The notes below the pieces were generated by a model. It was given only the letters and a program-made list of their open reading frames with translations, ran no database searches and was not told where the DNA came from. A program made the translations under genes and the position numbers. Shown here piece after piece: positions 51,501-64,000 of a stretch of DNA of 64,000 nucleotides. Origin of the DNA: Magallana gigas (taxonomy: Eukaryota); NCBI RefSeq assembly GCF_963853765.1, contig NC_088854.1:46128001-46192000 (forward strand), given 5' to 3'. Positions within the stretch are counted from its first letter, which is position 1. Each line of letters starts with the position of its first letter.

Positions 51501-52343
51501 TCTCTGATTAAATTTTTTTGTTTGTTCAAGCATGCGCTTTATGTTTCCTGAAAGGAAAACTGCTCGAAAACAAGCCGTTTTATGCTAAAATTGCAAAAAT
51601 GGCGGGAAAAGGTTGTCTTTATGATATCAGTTTTCTAAATTGTGGGCACTTGAATCAAAATGAGCATAGTGTAAAAATATCACATATATATCTGTATAAA
51701 GAAAACAAAGAATTACAGTAAAATGATGATGTTCATTTAAGGGGGCCATTTTAGGCCCATATCATATATAGTCCTTTGTGTTCCTTCATTTCTTTTTCCA
51801 CGGTCCTTCTCCAGGTGTTCTTGGGTCGACCGGGTTTCCTTTATACTTCTATAAGTTGTAAATTAAAACTTGGTTGCAGCATGCAAGCAGATTCATAATT
51901 ACTGCAAAGTCAGTTTCATTTCCTTAATCGAAAAATTGTGATATATACTTATTGAACATAAATAATTATAGTTATATCAAATCAACATCATCTCTGGTGG
52001 TTCCCTATAGCCATGTTTGACTGTATAAAGTAGCAGTGTTACTGTATACTCTATGGTATTAAGTATGAAAAAGTAGTAAGAAACATTAATAGTTTATTGT
52101 GTGATATTGACTTGTGCTCTGCAGGTCATCTCTCGGATATACAAAGCCTGCCAGAATTACAGTACCTGGAAGTCCTCACACAACCCCGGACACAAACCCT
52201 GGCTGTACCCTGAACAGATGACACTGCCACGGCTAGATCTCCAGGATATACAGGCAGAGTGTGAATTCACTTCCAACGAATCGCTGGACGAAAGCAACGT
52301 CAAGGAGGAAGATATAGACAAGGGTTATGTAGATGAGATATGA
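48520..52343 (+). CDS. STARD10: START domain-containing protein 10 (PCTP-like); exons 48520-48675, 49167-49314, 50050-50153, 50342-50459, 50870-50922, 52125-52343 (265 aa)
   Basis: Complete ATG-to-TGA chain. Motifs: LYDVLHDPDYRKTWD, NNDIGYY, KCPPPLKNRDFVTQRSW, GYVRGISYVTGYLI, DPRGKLPAWVVNK, KPWLYPEQ, and an acidic tail. Confidence 0.95.
51082..51840 (-). mobile_element. 5'-truncated RTE-clade LINE 3' end, split by a MITE
   Basis: Minus-strand RKPGRPKNTWRRTVEKEMKEH (51778-51840) plus TWGELEKVAQDRDKWRSLVLALCAPRHSKD*, followed by a (TAGG)n tail. 13-bp TSD TTATACTT(T/C)TATA at 51069-51081 and 51841-51853. Confidence 0.85.
51189..51777. mobile_element. About 590-bp MITE nested in the RTE fragment
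   Basis: Imperfect 37-bp TIR: AAAGAACTATATATGATATGAGTTGAATTTGGCCCCC versus the reverse complement AAAGGACTATATATGATATGGGCCTAAAATGGCCCCC. Confidence 0.85.
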
Positions 52344-52374
52344 TGGAGTGTTGTATATTTTTCTGGACCAAGTA

Positions 52375-52396
52375 GGGACGGGGGTGGGGGTGGGGG
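52375..52396 (+). other. G-quadruplex-forming motif in the STARD10 3' UTR
   Basis: GGGACGGGGGTGGGGGTGGGGG, 31 nt after the stop codon. Confidence 0.5.
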
Positions 52397-55300
52397 TTTT
52401 GGCTGTGATGGGACAGTCTACCAGTAAACATGTTTAAATAGACACCACTATCACTTTTGCTCATTATTATGAGAAAGTTTGTCATGGGTTTGTACATTCC
52501 AAATACTAAATAAGAATGGCATATATTTACAGATGTATTGTGGTATTTATAGCAAATAAATTAAGTTTCTAAGAAGCTGTGAAACAAAATACACATGCAT
52601 TACATTTGATTTTTATCCAACAGGTTGTTATATTAAAAAATTTACAAATGTATTTATGCTGCAAAGTATGCAAAGAGGATTTAATAATTGATGTCCATTC
52701 CATTTATAAAAAGTTCTTTATCTGATGATATATCTTACATTTTTGTATTTATAAACTACACTCAGCAAAGTATTATGCTGTTTTCTTTCACAAAAAACTG
52801 TTGTACTATATATATTAATTATTGTCAAAATGTCAGGACAGTTTCATTAAGCTCTGTTCATTTTGTATGGAACACCTGAGAAGGTGTTTATGCACAGCAA
52901 TTTTATGTATAGTTCCAATTGCACAATGAGTGTATTTAAAATTATAGATAACCACCCATAGAAAAAAATCTGTAACCATTTCATTGAATTATAAACGAAA
53001 TATATCTAGTTAGATAAAATGCACACTTTGCTCTCATGTAGAAATTAGTTAACACATCTACTGGTAGTTATCTCTCTGTATATTTCTGTATTCTATAGCA
53101 AAATATTTTTGAAACCTTTATCATAGCAAATAGGCTATATGCTTCTAAAGCCCTTGATTTATTTTAGGTGAGAAAGAATGGATTTCAATGTAGCTCTCTC
53201 AATGAAAGATGGTAAACCCATGTTCTTTCCCATTTTCAGACTGTCGGTAAATTATTAAATGCATTTTTGTTTCAAGCTTATTTGTCGTGTGTTTTGTGCC
53301 AAATTTGCAAAATTTGCTAACGAAAACAGCTGTGACTATGTTTAACATATGCTAGTATTATTGTATTTGTTGTTTTCCATAGAATACAGGTGATTTTTAA
53401 GGTTATTTTTTCAGTCTGTCTCCTTACAAAAAATATAGTGCAACAGAATGAATGATTGGAAGGGAATATGATGATGTTCATTTTCTATAACTTAATTGTG
53501 TTTACTGTACATGAACTATTTCAGTTGCCCAGAACCTTTGTGCTTGATGCTTTGCTAAACAAGTTCTGCGTCTAAGTTCCCACTTATTGTCAAATTCCAC
53601 TTGGGATTTTAACACAACATTAAAAGGGTGCTGGCAATTCTACATTACTTTAAACATTTTTCTTTGATATACAGTATATATTTATTTTAATTTATTGGTG
53701 AGGCATTACTTTTGTATGTTTATGTATGATTTGAGCTGGAAAAATGTTGAAAGTTTTATTGGTTGTCTCCAATCTTTGTAATGGATTCTGTCAAAATCTG
53801 TGCAATATTACAGCTGACCTCATGACAAAGATCATTCAAACTTACTGGGTACCTTTATATTATATACATGTATACATACACAAAATATAAGCCCAAAATA
53901 CAATGTAATTGTATATGTTTTTTGTTAAACATTGTCTTGTGGTAAAATGACTTGGATTATTTGGCTGACTGTAGCTAATTTACACGTATATATACGAGTA
54001 CATTACACACTGTATGTGTTCATATGCTGCAATGTATAAATTTGAGATTCTATTTGAACGAGCTTTGGTGAAAAAGAAGTTATATTACCGTACATTAAGA
54101 TACATAAGTTGATATATTTTTGTTCAAAATTAAGAAAGTTTGTAATGTGTTTATTGTGCACAATTGTGAATCTGTAAGCTAGTCATGTTATATTTCTGTT
54201 CGTTTTACTTGTCTGGTTACAGCAGCTTCAAGCTTTCACTGTCTCTTGAAATGTTTACACTACCAGAGATGCCTTAATTTATGTCGATTGATTTTATGGT
54301 GTTTTCCAATGCAAACTGAAAATTATAATTCTTCATCATCAAAAATCTTTTCAATTTTGAATTATTTAAAAAGAAATTTTCAAAGAATTCTTTTAATAAC
54401 AAGGTGTTCATATTTCTTCTAATATCTCAGGTCAGTTTGTATAAAATAATGTTTCACAAATTTGTGGCAAGGTATTTCACAATTTGTACCTCAGTTGTTG
54501 AATATTTATATAAGAGATTAAAAATGTTACAATTTTCTCATGCCCTGTGCAAGTATTTTACTATTTATTTTTGTCTGTCTTTTTACTAATAGAATTCCAG
54601 AATTAAATCAGTATCTCTCATTGAATATTTGTGTATTTTGTTTTCTCTGTGATAGATGTCATCAAACTAGCCAATCAGCATGCATAGTTTTATGATCATG
54701 GTACAGTTGAAGTAAGTTGAACTTCCTTCAGCTGTTATTGCTCACTCATTGCTTTCAAGAGTCAAAATTAAAGAATCTTTTGGTGAACATTTTACAATCA
54801 GCGAGCACTGCAGTTTCATGCTGAGCTTACTGGTAATGAATTTATTTTAGATATCCCCTAAAATTCTCTTCCAATCCAAAAACGTGTAAACTATAAAAGT
54901 TCAGTGAAATCTCTTTTTTAAATCTTCCTCTATATACAGTAGTGTTGCCTGTATGCACTTATTGAATGATGTTGAGGTAAAGATTTTTCTCTTGACCTCA
55001 TTTTAAAACTATTATGACAACAGAAAATGTCTTTGATACAGGTCCTTGTTTATTTGATCATATAACATGTACAAAGCGATACATGAACAATATATAAGAG
55101 TTAACATTAGTGAGCCAAGATGCACACAATCAAAACAAGAACTAGCCCAGCAGTAACAGACGTCTGGTATTGACTTCAAATTCACAGATTTCTTTGGCCA
55201 GAGGCATCATAAATATATCACAAAACAAATCATAAAAATTTTCTCTAGATTTCAAATCATTTCTAAATTTTATAAGAAAGTGTATTTAGATGCACTTTGA

Positions 55301-56330
55301 CAAATTCAAGATAAGCTATATCTAAATGCATTTTGGCGATAGACAAATGTTTCGGGGGAGTTAAATCTGCCAAAGATGTTTCAGTTTCTCATTATTCTGC
55401 ATCATTAACTAAACAAAGAATAGGTAATGCTACAAATATGAAAAAAAAATATTAATTTATTTTGATTAAATTTACATATATTTATATAAACAGGAAAATT
55501 TTGAAATAAATTTCCTGTTGAACAAAATGTATTTTAAAAAACCCGAATTTGCTATTTCTCTATTGATAACATTAAAATAATAACATCATCTAACAGGTTG
55601 AGGTAGAAAGAAATCAAAATATTGTACATTGCTGGTGACCCAGCAGCAGACTACATGTAGCTTAAGTGAGTTTAGTTGTAAGTTTCCAACATTTGGTTTT
55701 GTACAGAATGCTCTTACTAAGTCACCCCCCCAAAAAAAACAAAAAACAAAAAAACCAACCAAAACCCATTGATGGAGTGTTTGAAAAAATCATGGGAGAG
55801 GAAAAATTTCAAATACTTTGCTATAGAATTTAAATCCATGTATAAAATAGACCATGAGGTGTTTTTTTAACGACAGATATCTGCTTACATAAGCTGTGGT
55901 CATCAATTGTGACAGCTACTACATACACATGTATCATTATAACAACAGAATGAAATCTCTTGGAGATTCATAAATATACATATATAAATTTAGTTCTGTA
56001 GAAGAATGAAATGAGTAAACACTTAACAAAATATCACATTATGGAGTTCATAACAAACGAGGATACATAAGTGTCACACTATAACTTAAATTTGCATACA
56101 AACACAAACGCTCACATAAAATGACTTAAAATGTTACCTTGTCAGTCAAAAAGACTTATTAAATGAATCTTAATGCAGAATAACTTCATATTTCACACAC
56201 AGCCACCCACTGGATCCACACTGCTAGAGTTTGAGACGAATCTATCGCACTTTGTATACATCTGCATGACTGTTTAACTAAATCGAATGTTTATCTAGAC
56301 ATTAATTTGCTACAGACGACACGGAATGAA

Positions 56331-63850
<7,520 letters not shown>

Positions 63851-64000
63851 CTGAAAGGAAAAATATACCCAATTTCTAGTTAATAAATGAACATTTGTAC
63901 AATGTATCAGTCATACTAATATATAGCATAAGAACAAATGCATGAAAAAGGTACAAGTAGGTAATTGGTGTTGGTCATTGTACATACTGTGGAATCATTA

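Overview
AT-rich, intron-rich animal genomic DNA. Repeat and intron style suggest a bivalve such as an oyster, but that is an inference. The window has six parts. (1) 1-9219 is a head-to-tail array of a 2414-bp unit (at least 3.8 copies, starting before the window); every unit ends in a 472-bp MITE-like element with 23-bp terminal inverted repeats (TIRs), and the array stops on the last TIR base. (2) A plus-strand CNBD2/CRIS-like cyclic-nucleotide-binding gene has 11 core exons (20951-29512), preceded by a 10-kb field of candidate alternative N-terminal exons, three of which are mutually exclusive by reading frame. (3) A second, tandem CNBD2-like paralogue has 15 core exons (35532-46254), two alternative first exons and an intronic 2 x 1177-bp structured duplication. 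(4) STARD10-like lipid-transfer gene, 48520-52343, with a MITE nested inside a truncated RTE LINE in intron 5. (5) The 3' 17 exons of a CLCN3/4/5-type Cl-/H+ exchanger on the minus strand, 56331-63850. (6) Scattered MITEs, microsatellites and hairpins. Exon chains were built by hand from GT-AG sites and phase continuity. Gene names come from recognised motifs, not database searches. No rRNA, tRNA or CRISPR array was seen.
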